A DNA stretch of 64,000 nucleotides from Thermodesulfobacteriota bacterium. GTDB lineage: Bacteria; Desulfobacterota; Desulfobulbia; Desulfobulbales; SURF-16. The stretch lies in the NCBI GenBank assembly GCA_040755455.1, contig JBFMAY010000001.1, positions 160,001 to 224,000 of the forward strand. Direction: 5' to 3'. Below, piece after piece: positions 27,943 to 38,775 of the stretch; position 1 is the first letter of the stretch, and the number at the start of each line of letters is the position of its first letter. Below the pieces are notes generated by a model. It was given only the letters and a program-made list of their open reading frames with translations, did not search any database and was not told the origin of the DNA. Both the position numbers and the translations under genes were made by a program.

Positions 27943-30852
27943 ATGCCTATTAAAAAAAGATTTCTCGTCATCCCCCTGATTATCTTCCTCACCGCCTATC
28001 TGCCGTATCTGCTCTACCGTGAGGTCAAACAGATAACCATCGACGAGTTTGCGGCCCAGCAGATGGTGTATGCCAGACAGGCAGCCAGAACTATTGAAAA
28101 TCTCCTGAACCGTTTTGCCAACGAGCTTTCCTATATTGCCAGCATAGACGACATCATCCGCATGGGTCCGGAAGGAGAGGAGCTGATGCGGAAATATTAT
28201 GCCAAGAACGGGAAGGATATTCTGGCCATTACCCGGGTGGACGGCACGGGACGCATTATCTATACCGAACCTTACAACAGCAAGGCCATCGGCGCGGATA
28301 TCTCATCCCAGCCCCATGTTGCCCGGATCATGCAGACCCATGCGCCGGTGATCAGTGACGTGTTCACCGCCGTGCAGGGACATCGCTGTATCGCCTACCA
28401 CGTTCCGGTCATGGCGGGTGCTGTCTACGAAGGCAGTATCGCCATTCTGATCCCGTTCAGCCGGATGGCGGATGAGTCTCTGGCCGCAATCAATACACGG
28501 GAATCCGGGCATATCCTGATGATCGGCAGGGATGGCATAGTGCTCTATGCAGACCATCCGGAACAGATAGGGGAAATGAGCATTGAACTTTACCGCCAGT
28601 CTCCTTCCGCCCTTGCTCTGATCAGGCAGATGATGGAAGGTGGAGAGGGGCGGGCGTCTTTAAGTTTTGCCACGGGCAAGGCGGCCGGCAGGGGAGAGGT
28701 CAGTCATGCCGTCTACAGCCCGATCAGATTCGGCGCAGGGTTTGGGTCCATTGCCGTTGTCACCCCTGAGCAGGAGGTGCTTGCCACCATGCGGGGCTTC
28801 AAGAACAAGTGGTTTCTGCTGCTTGTCGTTTTGGTGGCCGCGACCGTTGTCACTTCCTATTTCATTTTCCGCTCATGGGTGGCTGGCAAGGAGGAGGAGA
28901 AAAGAAGAAGGGCGGAAGAGGCGCTGCGGGAGAGTGAAAGAAACTACCGGGTTCTGGTGGAGAGCGCCAACAGCATCGTCCTCAAATGGGATACCACTGG
29001 CAATATCACCTATCTCAATCCCTTTGGTCTGCAATTTTTCGGTTTCAGCTGGGAGGAGATTCTCGGCAGAAACGTCATGGGCACCATTGTCCCCGAGACG
29101 GAGAGCACGGGCCGAGATCTCAAGTATATGATAGATGATATTATGGTCAATCCGCTGAAATACAAGAATAATTTCAACCAGAACATGAAAAAATCCGGCG
29201 AACGGGTCTGGATATCATGGACCAATGAGCCCATTGTCGACGCGGGTGGCAATTTTATTGAGATCCAGAGTATCGGCAATGACCTGACCGCCCTGAAAAA
29301 TGCGGAAGCAGCCATCAAGGAGAGTGAACGGAAGTACAAGATGGTGGCTGACGCCACCTCGGACATTATTTACGAATATCAGGTGAGTGAAGAGCGGTTG
29401 ACCTATGTTTCGCCCAACTGCGGGGATATTCTCGGCTATGACGCCGATGAACTGATGGGGCGCCAGGGCTTTCTTGAAACGGTTGTCTGCCCGGAAGACG
29501 TGCAGACCGTTCACAAAAAGAGGCAGCAGGCCTTTAAGGATAATAAGGCCAAGATGGCACTGGAATATGGCGTGGTCTGCAGGGACGGCGGCAGGAAATT
29601 CGTGGCCGACCACAGTACCCTGCAGCGCGATGAGAGCGGCAGGGTGGTCAGCATGACCGGGTCCATCAAGGATATCTCCAATCAGAAGGAATTAGAGGAG
29701 AAGCTGCACCGGGCGGAGAAGATGGAGGCCATCGGCACCCTGGCCGGAGGTGTGGCCCATGATCTCAATAACATCCTTTCCGGCCTGGTCAGTTTCCCCG
29801 ATCTGTTGCTGATGAGTCTGCCGGCGGACAGCCCGCTCAGGAAGACGGCCCTGACCATCAAAAAATCCGGGGAAAAGGCGGCGGCAATTGTCAATGACCT
29901 GCTGACCCTGGCCCGCAGGGGTGTTCCGGTTACCGAAATAATCAACCTCAATGTCATAATCAATGAATTCATCCAGTCTCCGGAGTTCGAGACCCTGCAG
30001 GCCCTGCATGGGCATGTCCGGCTTGAGCTGCAGCTTGACAGGGAGCTGCTCAATATTGCCGGCTCTCCGGTCCATCTGACCAAAACCATTATGAATCTGG
30101 TGGCCAATGCCTTTGAGTCCATGCCCGGCGGCGGGGAAATCCGCATCATCACCGAGAACAGATATGTGGACAAGCCGGTGCTGGGCTATGATGACGTGCA
30201 GGAAGGTGATTATGTGACCGTTACCGTCTCGGATACCGGTCATGGCATAACCCCCGAGGACCGGGAAAGGATTTTCGAGCCCTTCTATACGAAAAAGGTC
30301 ATGGGCCGCAGCGGAACAGGGCTCGGGCTGGCGGTGGTGTGGGGCACGGTGAAGGATCACCATGGTTATATCGATGTTCGGTCAAGCCAGGGAAAGGGGG
30401 CGAGCTTTATCCTCTATTTCCCCGTGTCCCGCGAGCTTTTGCAGAACAAGGTGGAGGAGATGTTCACCGTTGAGCAATACCGGGGCACAGGCGAGTCGAT
30501 ACTGGTCGTCGATGATGTGAGCGAGCAGAGGGAGCTTGCCACGCAGATGCTGGCCCATATGGGATATCGGGTGGAATCGGCGGCCAGCGGTGAAGAGGCG
30601 GTTGCCCTGCTGGCCGGTAGGGAGTTCGACCTGCTGGTGCTGGATATGATCATGACGCCCGGCATGGATGGCCTTGACACCTATAAGGCGGTGCTGGGCG
30701 TCAGACCCCAGCAGAAGGCCATCATCGCCAGCGGTTACTCGGAAACGGAGCGGGTGCATGAGGCGCAGGTGCTGGGCGCCGGCCAGTACCTGCGAAAGCC
30801 TTACACCCTGGAGAAACTGGTCCGGGCTGTACGGGGCGAGCTGCGCCGGTGA
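27943..30852 (+). CDS. Cache/PAS hybrid sensor histidine kinase
   Basis: TM-dCache-TM, two PAS domains, AGGVAHDLNN, SGTGLGL, C-terminal receiver. Confidence 0.92.
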   Translation: MPIKKRFLVIPLIIFLTAYLPYLLYREVKQITIDEFAAQQMVYARQAARTIENLLNRFANELSYIASIDDIIRMGPEGEELMRKYYAKNGKDILAITRVDGTGRIIYTEPYNSKAIGADISSQPHVARIMQTHAPVISDVFTAVQGHRCIAYHVPVMAGAVYEGSIAILIPFSRMADESLAAINTRESGHILMIGRDGIVLYADHPEQIGEMSIELYRQSPSALALIRQMMEGGEGRASLSFATGKAAGRGEVSHAVYSPIRFGAGFGSIAVVTPEQEVLATMRGFKNKWFLLLVVLVAATVVTSYFIFRSWVAGKEEEKRRRAEEALRESERNYRVLVESANSIVLKWDTTGNITYLNPFGLQFFGFSWEEILGRNVMGTIVPETESTGRDLKYMIDDIMVNPLKYKNNFNQNMKKSGERVWISWTNEPIVDAGGNFIEIQSIGNDLTALKNAEAAIKESERKYKMVADATSDIIYEYQVSEERLTYVSPNCGDILGYDADELMGRQGFLETVVCPEDVQTVHKKRQQAFKDNKAKMALEYGVVCRDGGRKFVADHSTLQRDESGRVVSMTGSIKDISNQKELEEKLHRAEKMEAIGTLAGGVAHDLNNILSGLVSFPDLLLMSLPADSPLRKTALTIKKSGEKAAAIVNDLLTLARRGVPVTEIINLNVIINEFIQSPEFETLQALHGHVRLELQLDRELLNIAGSPVHLTKTIMNLVANAFESMPGGGEIRIITENRYVDKPVLGYDDVQEGDYVTVTVSDTGHGITPEDRERIFEPFYTKKVMGRSGTGLGLAVVWGTVKDHHGYIDVRSSQGKGASFILYFPVSRELLQNKVEEMFTVEQYRGTGESILVVDDVSEQRELATQMLAHMGYRVESAASGEEAVALLAGREFDLLVLDMIMTPGMDGLDTYKAVLGVRPQQKAIIASGYSETERVHEAQVLGAGQYLRKPYTLEKLVRAVRGELRR

Positions 30853-30896
30853 GCGTGAATGCCTGAACTCTCTTTCACGGCTGGGGCGGCGCGCGG

Positions 30897-32165
30897 CTAT
30901 TCCAGCTGCCGGGCCAGCCGCGCACCCTCCTCCTCGTTGACCAGGCAGAGAAGAGCCGCCCCGCAGACAAACAGGCCGATAATGGCCAGCAGGGAAAGCC
31001 GGGGACTGCCGGTGAGCATGCCGACCAGGCCCATGAGCAGCGGGCCGATCACAGCGGCAAACTTGCCGAGCATGTTGTAGAAGCCGAAAAATTCCGCTGA
31101 CTTGTCAACAGGAATCAGCCGGGAGTAAAGCGACCGGCTGAGGGACTGCACCCCGCCCTGCACCAGGCCGATGGCCACGGCCAGCAGATAGAATTCGTTG
31201 ATCGTCTCCATGAACATGGCCCATACCGTCACCAGCACGTAGATGCCGATGCCCAGCAGGATAGCCTTTTTGGTCCCCATCTTTTCCCCCAGCCGGCCGA
31301 ATACCAGGGCGGCTGGAAAGCCGACAAACTGGGTGATGAGCAGGGCGACAATCAGGCCGCTGGAAGCAAAACCAAGGGCCAGGCCGTAATCAACCGCCAT
31401 GCGGATAATGGTGTCAAGCGCGTCAATATACAGCCAGTAGCCGGCCAGAAAGAGCAGGACCACCCGCAGCCTGCGTATTTCTTTAAACGTGGTGAAAAGC
31501 TGCCGGAAGCCGGCGGCCACCATGCCCTGCCGCACCGGCCGGGCAGGTGAGGCGGGTTCCTGCACCCACAGCAGGATCGGCAGGGAAAAGACGGCCCACC
31601 AGGCGGCCACGGTGAGAAAGGAGACACGTACCGCCGCACCGGCATCGGCAAGTCCGAAGAGGGAAGGCCTGAGGGTCATGACCACATTGCCGGCAAACAG
31701 CAGTCCGCCGCCCAGATAGCCCAGGGCGAAACCCAGGGCTGACACCCGGTCGGAGCTGGCCGGAGAGGCCACACTGACCAGCAGGGAGTCGTAAAAGATA
31801 TTGCCCCCGGAAAAACCGATAATGCCGAAGATATAGAGCAGGGAGGCCATGAGCCAGGCCCCCTGGGGGGCGGTGTACAGGCCGGCGCTCATCATGACGC
31901 CGAGCATGGCGAAAAAAAACAGGAATTTCTTTTTTGCCCCGGCCTGATCGGCCATGGCGCCGAGCAGCGGGGCGAGAAAGATGACCACCAGGCTGCCGGT
32001 GGAATTGGCCAGCCCCAGGCGGAAGGTGCTGGTGGAGGCCTCGACCCCGCTGCACCAGTACTGCTTGAAGAAGATGGGGAAGAACCCCGCCATGATGCTG
32101 GTGGCAAAGGCGGAGTTGGCCCAGTCATAGAAGGCCCAGGCAAGAGTCGGTTTGTCGATTTTCAT
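30897..32165 (-). CDS. MFS transporter (UMF1/Atg22-like)
   Basis: WAFYDWANSAF, GYLGGG, QSLSRSLYSRLIP...EFFGFY. Confidence 0.9.
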   Translation of the reverse strand: MKIDKPTLAWAFYDWANSAFATSIMAGFFPIFFKQYWCSGVEASTSTFRLGLANSTGSLVVIFLAPLLGAMADQAGAKKKFLFFFAMLGVMMSAGLYTAPQGAWLMASLLYIFGIIGFSGGNIFYDSLLVSVASPASSDRVSALGFALGYLGGGLLFAGNVVMTLRPSLFGLADAGAAVRVSFLTVAAWWAVFSLPILLWVQEPASPARPVRQGMVAAGFRQLFTTFKEIRRLRVVLLFLAGYWLYIDALDTIIRMAVDYGLALGFASSGLIVALLITQFVGFPAALVFGRLGEKMGTKKAILLGIGIYVLVTVWAMFMETINEFYLLAVAIGLVQGGVQSLSRSLYSRLIPVDKSAEFFGFYNMLGKFAAVIGPLLMGLVGMLTGSPRLSLLAIIGLFVCGAALLCLVNEEEGARLARQLE

Positions 32166-32223
32166 GTCCGGGGTCTCATGTTTTCGCGGACCTCAGCCAT
32201 TTCCGGACGGCAGGGCTGGCAAG

Positions 32224-32994
32224 TCACTTTTGCCTTGCCGCCAGGCATTCGAGAATACGGGCGGGGAAATCCGTCACCAGGCCTTTGGCATGGCGTTCCA
32301 TGGCCAGTTCGGCGTCCTGTGGCGTATTGATGGTGTACACCCCGGCAAAGATGCCATGGCTGGCGATATCAGCCGCCCGCGCAGGGGTCAGCTGTCTGAG
32401 GGAACAGACAAAGGCCTGGCAGCCGGTGGCCTGCAGCACAAGCGAGGGCAGCCTGTTGTCGCCGGGCGGCAGCAGGGCGGCGGTATGAAATCCCTGCGGC
32501 AGCGAGTTCAGGTACCGCAGGGAGTCATGATGAAAGGAAGAGAAAAGGGTGAATGGTGCCATCTCAGCGGCTGTGGTCGCCGCCGCAATGAGGTTGATGC
32601 GTTTTTGCCAGTCTTCACCCGCGGCCGGCGGTTTGATCTCAACATTGATGCACGCCTTGCCCCTGATCAACTGGAAAACCTCGTCAAGCAGGGGAATTTT
32701 TTCGCCGCGGAAACGCTCGTCAAACCAGGAGCCGGCATCGAGTTTTTTCAGCTCCGCGGAGGAGCAGCGGTTGATCGCGCCATGGCCGTTGGTGGTTCTC
32801 TCCAGGGTGGCGTCGTGGAAGACGACGATCTGCTCATCGGTTGTGATCTGCACATCGATCTCAAGCATCTGGGCCCCGGCCTCCAGGGCGAGACCTATGG
32901 CGGTTAGGGTGTTTTCCGGCGCCGTGCCGGAGGCGCCGCGATGGGCAACGACAAGATGAGGACTGGAGGTGACGAGATCGTGCAGTGATTTCAT
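32224..32994 (-). CDS. Glycerophosphodiester phosphodiesterase
   Basis: AHRGASGTAPENT, EIDV, HDATLERTT, NVEIK, TDFP. Confidence 0.93.
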   Translation of the reverse strand: MKSLHDLVTSSPHLVVAHRGASGTAPENTLTAIGLALEAGAQMLEIDVQITTDEQIVVFHDATLERTTNGHGAINRCSSAELKKLDAGSWFDERFRGEKIPLLDEVFQLIRGKACINVEIKPPAAGEDWQKRINLIAAATTAAEMAPFTLFSSFHHDSLRYLNSLPQGFHTAALLPPGDNRLPSLVLQATGCQAFVCSLRQLTPARAADIASHGIFAGVYTINTPQDAELAMERHAKGLVTDFPARILECLAARQK

Positions 32995-33119
32995 GGCGTA
33001 AGTTTTTCAATTTGTGGAAGGTTTAATTTTTTGATGCCGTGTGCGGGCGGGCATGACGCACCCATTGCTCGTGCGATACACAGGGCAACCATGCCCCTGC
33101 CGGGGCGCCTGGGTTTGTC

Positions 33120-33974
33120 CTATGAGCCATCAGCCATGTCCCCCCTGCCTTTCCGTCTTTTCACTTCTTTGTCCAGAAAATCCTCCAGGCCCGTTACATA
33201 TCTGCCGGCGGAAAGGAGGAAACCCGCATTGTGGTTGCCGTTGATCGGTAGAAATGTTTTCGGCTCACGGGCCGCGGCAAAGAGGCGGCGGCCGTGGCTG
33301 AAGGGGACGATGTCATCCTCGGTGCTGTGAATGATGAGCAGCGGGCAGCTGATTTTTCTCACCGCCGCCTCGGTGTCGTAATGAAACCGGCAGAGCAGGC
33401 GGCCCGGGAAAAACGGGTACATGTCAGCGGCCATGTCCCTGGCCGACGTAAAGGCGGATTCGACAATACAGGCCCGCGGCTCTCTTGTGCCGCACAGCCA
33501 GGCGGCTATCGCTCCGCCCAGGGAACGGCCGAACACGATGATCTGCGCCGGTTGGATGTTTTCCTGGGTAACCAGGTAGTCCCAGGCCGCCTCGACATCG
33601 AGGTAGGTGCCGGCTTCGGAGGGTGTTCCCTCGCTCTGTCCGTACCCCCGGTAATCGAAAATAAAGGTGGAATAACCCAGCCGGTGGAAGATGTCAATGG
33701 TCTCCAGCCGGTGGGAGATGTTGCCGGCATTGCCGTGGCAGAAGAGGATAACTCCTTTGGCCGCCTCGGCCGGAATGAACCAGGCGTGGAGCTTCACCTG
33801 GTCGGCGGTGGTAAAGGTGACGGACCGGTACGCGAGGTTCAGTTTTTCAGGGGTTGAGAAAAGGGTGCGCTCCGGAAAATAGATGAAGCGGGACTGGTTG
33901 ACGAGCAGCGTTGCCCCGAAACAGACATAGATCCCGGCCAGGAGAAGCGCCAGCGACAGTGCGGTCTGTGACAT
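33120..33974 (-). CDS. Alpha/beta hydrolase (ABHD13/Bem46-like)
   Basis: N-terminal TM helix, CHGNAGN, DYRGYG, nucleophile elbow GRSLGG, D and H (GNHN). Confidence 0.9.
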   Translation of the reverse strand: MSQTALSLALLLAGIYVCFGATLLVNQSRFIYFPERTLFSTPEKLNLAYRSVTFTTADQVKLHAWFIPAEAAKGVILFCHGNAGNISHRLETIDIFHRLGYSTFIFDYRGYGQSEGTPSEAGTYLDVEAAWDYLVTQENIQPAQIIVFGRSLGGAIAAWLCGTREPRACIVESAFTSARDMAADMYPFFPGRLLCRFHYDTEAAVRKISCPLLIIHSTEDDIVPFSHGRRLFAAAREPKTFLPINGNHNAGFLLSAGRYVTGLEDFLDKEVKRRKGRGDMADGS

Positions 33975-33986
33975 TTTTTTGCCTGC

Positions 33987-35819
33987 CTATCCCCTTGGCT
34001 CTCCGCTTTTCAGCTTCTGCTGCCAATACTGTTTGATGGACTGTCCCATGCCGCCCACGCTGGCATTGACCGCCTTGCGCAGTTCCTCGTCCATATTCAG
34101 CGGGGTGAACTTGGCGGTGCCCGATGCCGGCGGCCCGGCGGCGGTGCCGGTTTCCATGTCAACGGCCCGCACGGTGAAGGAAACGGTGGTCAAGGTCTGC
34201 GACCGGCCGTAATACTGCAAAGGCATGGAACCGGTCTGCTGGATCTGGGAGATGAGGACAATATTGGCCGATTGGCTGGGCACCAGTCGTTGGATATCAT
34301 ACCAGGAGATGGGCAGGCTGCCCATCTGCATTTTTTCCATGAGCACCGGGATCTCAGCTACGGAGGTGACATGCAGGCCGCTGTTCGCCAGGGCCGCCTC
34401 GATGTGGTTCTGCACAAAGGGAGCCAGGGTCTCGTCGCCGGAGACAATGGTCAGCACCACAGGGATGGCGGGCAGCGCCGCCTGTTTCTGCACCTTGGCG
34501 GTGCGGGCCGGCGGCGCGGCGGCGGGTGCCGGAGGGGGGGCGATGGCTGGGGCGGTTTCTCTCTCCTGACGGGTGGGTTGTCCCGCCGCGGGCGCGGTTG
34601 CCGGTTCAGGGGCCGGGGTGGTGGCCGGCGGCGTTACCGGGGGTGGCGCCTGGGCGGTTACCGCCGGAGCTTCAGGGGCCGGCGTGGTCACGGTTGCCGG
34701 CAGGGCCGGGGGCTGTTGCCCTGCGTTGCTTTTTTCCTCAACCGTCATTTCCTGCCCGGCAGGCACAACGGTCTGTTCGGCTGTTTTTTCCTTTTTCACC
34801 CGGTGGAGCAGGGCGTCCACCGTCCACATGGACAGCAGGACGGCGATGATGATGCCGGCAGCCATGGCCAGCATCTTGGTGCGTCCGCCCTTTTCCTTTT
34901 CTTCAGGCAGGGGCGGCGGTGGCGGCGGCGCCGAGACGGGCCGGGCCGCCGGGATTCTGCCGGTGATAGGCGGCTCAATATGCAGCTGCCCCATGCAGGA
35001 AACAATGGCATCCATCACCTCTCCCGGTGTCTGGAAGCGCTGGTTGATGTCCTTGGCCGTCATTTTGTCGATCAGCTCACAGACCGGCCTGGGCAGGGAG
35101 GGATTGACCGTGGCGATGGGCCGGCTGGGCTCGGTGATGATTTTCGCCACCACGGCCAGCGGCGATTCGCCGGTAACGGGCGGTTCGCCGGACAACATTT
35201 TATAGAGGAGCGCCCCCAGGGAATACAGGTCGCTGCGGATATCAAGCTTGGCGCCGCTGGCCTGTTCCGGGGAGGAGTATTCCGGGGTCCCCATGTACAG
35301 CCCGGTCTGGGTGAGTTTGGCATCGGCATCCTGAAAGCAGGCAATGCCGTAATCGGTGATCTTGATCCTGCCCACGGAGTCGATCATGATATTGGATGGT
35401 TTCAGGTCCCGGTGCACCACGCCCTTGGCCGCCGCCTCCTCAAGGGCGTCGGCGATCTGCAGGGCGATGGGCAGGGCCTCCTCCAGGGGGATGGATTTCT
35501 TTTCCTTGAGAATCTGGCCAAGGTCCGTGCCCTTGACATATTCCATGGCAAAATAGTAGAGCCCGTTTTCCTCGCCATAGGAGAGGATATTGACGATATG
35601 CGGATGGGTGAGGGCGGCAACAACCTTGGCCTCTCTTTTGAACCGTTTGATGAATTCCTCATCGCCGGACAGCCTTTCAGAGAGAATTTTCAAGGCAACC
35701 ATTCTGTTCAGTGAAAGTTCATGGGCCTTATACACAACACCCATGCCGCCCCTGCCCAGTTCCTTTTCCAGCTGGAATCCGCCAATTATGCTGCCGGTTT
35801 CGATCTGATTGAGCTTCAT
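33987..35819 (-). CDS. Hanks-type Ser/Thr protein kinase with TM helix, Pro/Ala linker and extracytoplasmic domain
   Basis: LGRGGMGVVY, VALK, HRDLKPSN, DYG (DFG variant), GTPEYSSPEQ; TM helix near residues 315-335. Confidence 0.93.
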   Translation of the reverse strand: MKLNQIETGSIIGGFQLEKELGRGGMGVVYKAHELSLNRMVALKILSERLSGDEEFIKRFKREAKVVAALTHPHIVNILSYGEENGLYYFAMEYVKGTDLGQILKEKKSIPLEEALPIALQIADALEEAAAKGVVHRDLKPSNIMIDSVGRIKITDYGIACFQDADAKLTQTGLYMGTPEYSSPEQASGAKLDIRSDLYSLGALLYKMLSGEPPVTGESPLAVVAKIITEPSRPIATVNPSLPRPVCELIDKMTAKDINQRFQTPGEVMDAIVSCMGQLHIEPPITGRIPAARPVSAPPPPPPLPEEKEKGGRTKMLAMAAGIIIAVLLSMWTVDALLHRVKKEKTAEQTVVPAGQEMTVEEKSNAGQQPPALPATVTTPAPEAPAVTAQAPPPVTPPATTPAPEPATAPAAGQPTRQERETAPAIAPPPAPAAAPPARTAKVQKQAALPAIPVVLTIVSGDETLAPFVQNHIEAALANSGLHVTSVAEIPVLMEKMQMGSLPISWYDIQRLVPSQSANIVLISQIQQTGSMPLQYYGRSQTLTTVSFTVRAVDMETGTAAGPPASGTAKFTPLNMDEELRKAVNASVGGMGQSIKQYWQQKLKSGEPRG

Positions 35820-36012
35820 TTGCCGTTCCCTTTAGGTAGAAGATATCCGAACAACCGCATCGCATCAGAAAAAAATTATAACAGAATTTGCTGGTAAAAT
35901 CCTTTACAAATGAAGCAAATTAATAGAAAAATAAAGCGAAATGATTTATTAATTCCGAGGTGCTTTTTGGAGTGATGTTTTTTCTTCTTTTATCTCAGGA
36001 GGTGGCCGGATT

Positions 36013-37026
36013 ATGAAAATGCAGCTCAGTTTGGCAGTGTGTCTTGTTTTTCTTGCTTCGATGCTTTCGCTTGCCGGTTGCGTGACTCCCGGCACCAATG
36101 CCACGGTGACATCCGGACAGGGCGGTCCGGACATAGCCCAGGCCCAGGCCCAGGCCTATAATGGCCCGCAGGCCAGGATCGCCGTGGCCCGCTTCACGGA
36201 CAAGACCGGCAAAGGCTGGTGGACCGGAGGTATCGGCGACGGCATGGCTGATCAGCTGACCACCGCCCTGTTCAACACCAACCGCTATATTGTCTTGGAG
36301 CGCCAGGCCCTTGACGATGTCCTTACCGAACAGGACCTGGGGGCCTCGGGCAGGGTGCGGGCGGACACCGCCGCCGAGATCGGCCAGATTGAGGGGGCGG
36401 AATTGATGGTCGTTGCCGCGGTCACCGAGTTTGAGGGCGCCGCATCCGGGGCCAGCGGCGGACTGGGCGGCGGCGCAGCCGGGGTGATCGGCGGTCTGTT
36501 GGGCGGCTTTCAGAAGGCCCATATGGCCATCGACATGCGCATCATTGATGCGAAAACCTCCCGGGTGCTTGCCGCAACCAGTGTTGAAGGCGAGGCCACT
36601 GATGTCAATCTCGGCGGTCTGCTGGGCGGCTATGGCAGCTCCGGCGCCCTGGTCGGCGGTCTGTCCGGCTGGAAGAACACCCCGACGGAAAAGGCCCTGA
36701 GGATCTGCATCCAGAAGGCCGTGGATTTCATCGTCAGCAAAACCCCGCAGTCCTATTATCATTACGGCGCGCAGCCGGTTGCCGCTCCTGCCCCGGCCTC
36801 ATCCTATCAGGCCCCGGCCGGCGCAACATCCGGCGAGGCGGTTATTGTCGTGCCTGAAACCTTGAATGTCCGCAGCGGTCCGGGGGAAAATTTCTCCGTG
36901 GTCTTCTCCGCCCGGGGAGGCGACCGGTTTTCCGTTCTGGAAAAGCAGGACAAGTGGCTCAGGGTCAGAGCCCAGGACGGCCGTGAAGGATGGGCCGCCG
37001 GCTGGCTGACCTCGCCGGTCCGTTAA
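36013..37026 (+). CDS. CsgG/HfaB-family lipoprotein with C-terminal SH3b domain
   Basis: Lipobox LAGC; IAVARF...LTTALFNTNRYIVLER...EQDL...AVTEFE; SH3b LNVRSGPG...WLRV...EGW. Confidence 0.85.
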   Translation: MKMQLSLAVCLVFLASMLSLAGCVTPGTNATVTSGQGGPDIAQAQAQAYNGPQARIAVARFTDKTGKGWWTGGIGDGMADQLTTALFNTNRYIVLERQALDDVLTEQDLGASGRVRADTAAEIGQIEGAELMVVAAVTEFEGAASGASGGLGGGAAGVIGGLLGGFQKAHMAIDMRIIDAKTSRVLAATSVEGEATDVNLGGLLGGYGSSGALVGGLSGWKNTPTEKALRICIQKAVDFIVSKTPQSYYHYGAQPVAAPAPASSYQAPAGATSGEAVIVVPETLNVRSGPGENFSVVFSARGGDRFSVLEKQDKWLRVRAQDGREGWAAGWLTSPVR

Positions 37027-37079
37027 GCAGCCGCGGGTCACAACCTGCGCATGAGCAAAATGAGGGGACTGGAGGTTGC

Positions 37080-38099
37080 CTACCGCCAGATCCCCTCAAT
37101 TTTTTCCTTGCAGGCCGGGCAGTGGCCGTCGGCAATGTTGTTCTTTCTGATGCTGAAGCCGAAGCGGGTGATCAACTCCATGCCGCAGGCCGGGCAATAG
37201 GTGTTTTCCCCGCCTTCACCGGGGATATTGCCCTCATAGACAAAACGCAATCCCTCCTCCAGGCCGATCTCCCTGGCCTTGCGCAGGGTGCTTGCCGGGG
37301 TGCGGTCCCGGTCCATCATCTGAAAGGTCGGGTAGAAGGCGGTCACATGCCAGGGCATGGCGGGGTCCACGCTTTTGAGGAAGCGGGCAACCTCGCGCAG
37401 TTCCTGGGAAGAATCGTTCAGGCCCGGGATGATCAGGGTGGTCACCTCCACCCACACCCCCAGTTCGCGCATGAGGCGCACATTGTCCAGCACGGGCTGC
37501 AGCCGCGCCTTGCACACCTTTTTGTAGAAGCTCTCGGTAAAGGCCTTGATGTCGATGTTGATGCCGTCCAGCACCGGAGCCAGGTGCCGGGTGACCTCGG
37601 CCGACATGTAGCCGTTGCTGACAAAGATGTTCCTGATGTTCCTCTCCCGGGCCAGCACGCAGCAATCATAGGCGAATTCATAGAAGATGGTGGGTTCCAC
37701 GTAGGTATAGCTGATGCTTTGGCAGGCCTGCTCCACGGCATTTTCGACGACGTCTTTCGGGCCGGCCGGCTGGCCGATGATCGCTCCTCCCTGCATGCGG
37801 GGATACTGGGAAATCTGGTAGTTCTGGCAGTGCAGGCAGCGGAAGTTGCAGCCCACCGTGGCGATGGAATAGGAGGTGGAGCCGGGCAGCACATGGAACA
37901 TCGGTTTTTTTTCGATGGGGTCAATGTTTTCCGATACCAGTCTGCCATAGATCAGACTGTGCAGGGTGCCCTGCCGGTTTTCCCGTACCCCGCAGATCCC
38001 CCGTCCGCCTTCCTTGATGTGGCAATGGTGATTGCAGAGATCGCAGATTACCTCGTTTTCCTGGCCGGTGTGATAAAAAAGGGCCTTCTTCATGGTCAT
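37080..38099 (-). CDS. amrS: AmmeMemoRadiSam system radical SAM enzyme
   Basis: CDLCNHHC...GICGVR, DPIEKKP, GCNFRCLHCQN, YTYVEP, C-terminal CPAC x2. Alternative ATG at 38093. Confidence 0.92.
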   Translation of the reverse strand: MTMKKALFYHTGQENEVICDLCNHHCHIKEGGRGICGVRENRQGTLHSLIYGRLVSENIDPIEKKPMFHVLPGSTSYSIATVGCNFRCLHCQNYQISQYPRMQGGAIIGQPAGPKDVVENAVEQACQSISYTYVEPTIFYEFAYDCCVLARERNIRNIFVSNGYMSAEVTRHLAPVLDGINIDIKAFTESFYKKVCKARLQPVLDNVRLMRELGVWVEVTTLIIPGLNDSSQELREVARFLKSVDPAMPWHVTAFYPTFQMMDRDRTPASTLRKAREIGLEEGLRFVYEGNIPGEGGENTYCPACGMELITRFGFSIRKNNIADGHCPACKEKIEGIWR

Positions 38100-38106
38100 C
38101 TCTCCC

Positions 38107-38556
38107 CTATGGTCTCAGTTTCTTCTCCTGCTCCTGGCCGCGGATTGCCGCTTTGGCAAGCAATGCCAGCTCTTCGGATAGGAGTTCCAGGACGTCGTCA
38201 ATGGCCAGGATTCCTTCCAGTGCGCCCTCATCGTTAACCACCGGCAGCCGCCGGATACCCTTGGTCCTCATTTTCTGCAGGGTATCCAGGATGCCGTCAT
38301 GCAGTCCGGCGGTGATGAGCCCGTAACTCATGATGTCTCCGGCACAGGCCGCGTCCAGGCTGATCTCCTTGGCCACGAGTTCGACGATGATGTCCCGGTC
38401 GGTGAGAATGCCGACGGGAATGGTCATGCCGCCGCTCCGGTCAACCACCACCAGATCACCCACATGGTACTGGCGCATCAGCTTTGCAGCTTCAACAATC
38501 GTTGTGTCTCTTTCGGCCACGACAACTTCCCGGTTGCAAAATTCTCCCACAGTCAT
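38107..38556 (-). CDS. CBS-domain protein
   Basis: MTVGEFCNREVV, GILTDRDI, GIRRLPVV. Confidence 0.9.
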   Translation of the reverse strand: MTVGEFCNREVVVAERDTTIVEAAKLMRQYHVGDLVVVDRSGGMTIPVGILTDRDIIVELVAKEISLDAACAGDIMSYGLITAGLHDGILDTLQKMRTKGIRRLPVVNDEGALEGILAIDDVLELLSEELALLAKAAIRGQEQEKKLRP

Positions 38557-38775
38557 ATTACCCTCCCATTCGTCAGTTTATTGGTTTTTTGTCATTTTTA
38601 ACAAACATTATACTCTCTCCTGCCGCGGAAAAGAGAGAGAATTTTGCATTTTTCTTACTAAGAGGAAAATTCGCGCCGGGATGTTTCTGTTCGCTTTTAT
38701 TTACTCCGCCGTTATTCTCTGTTAAAGTGGGCCATACATTGAAAAATAATCACCATTATTAATCTTGAGCCGCCG

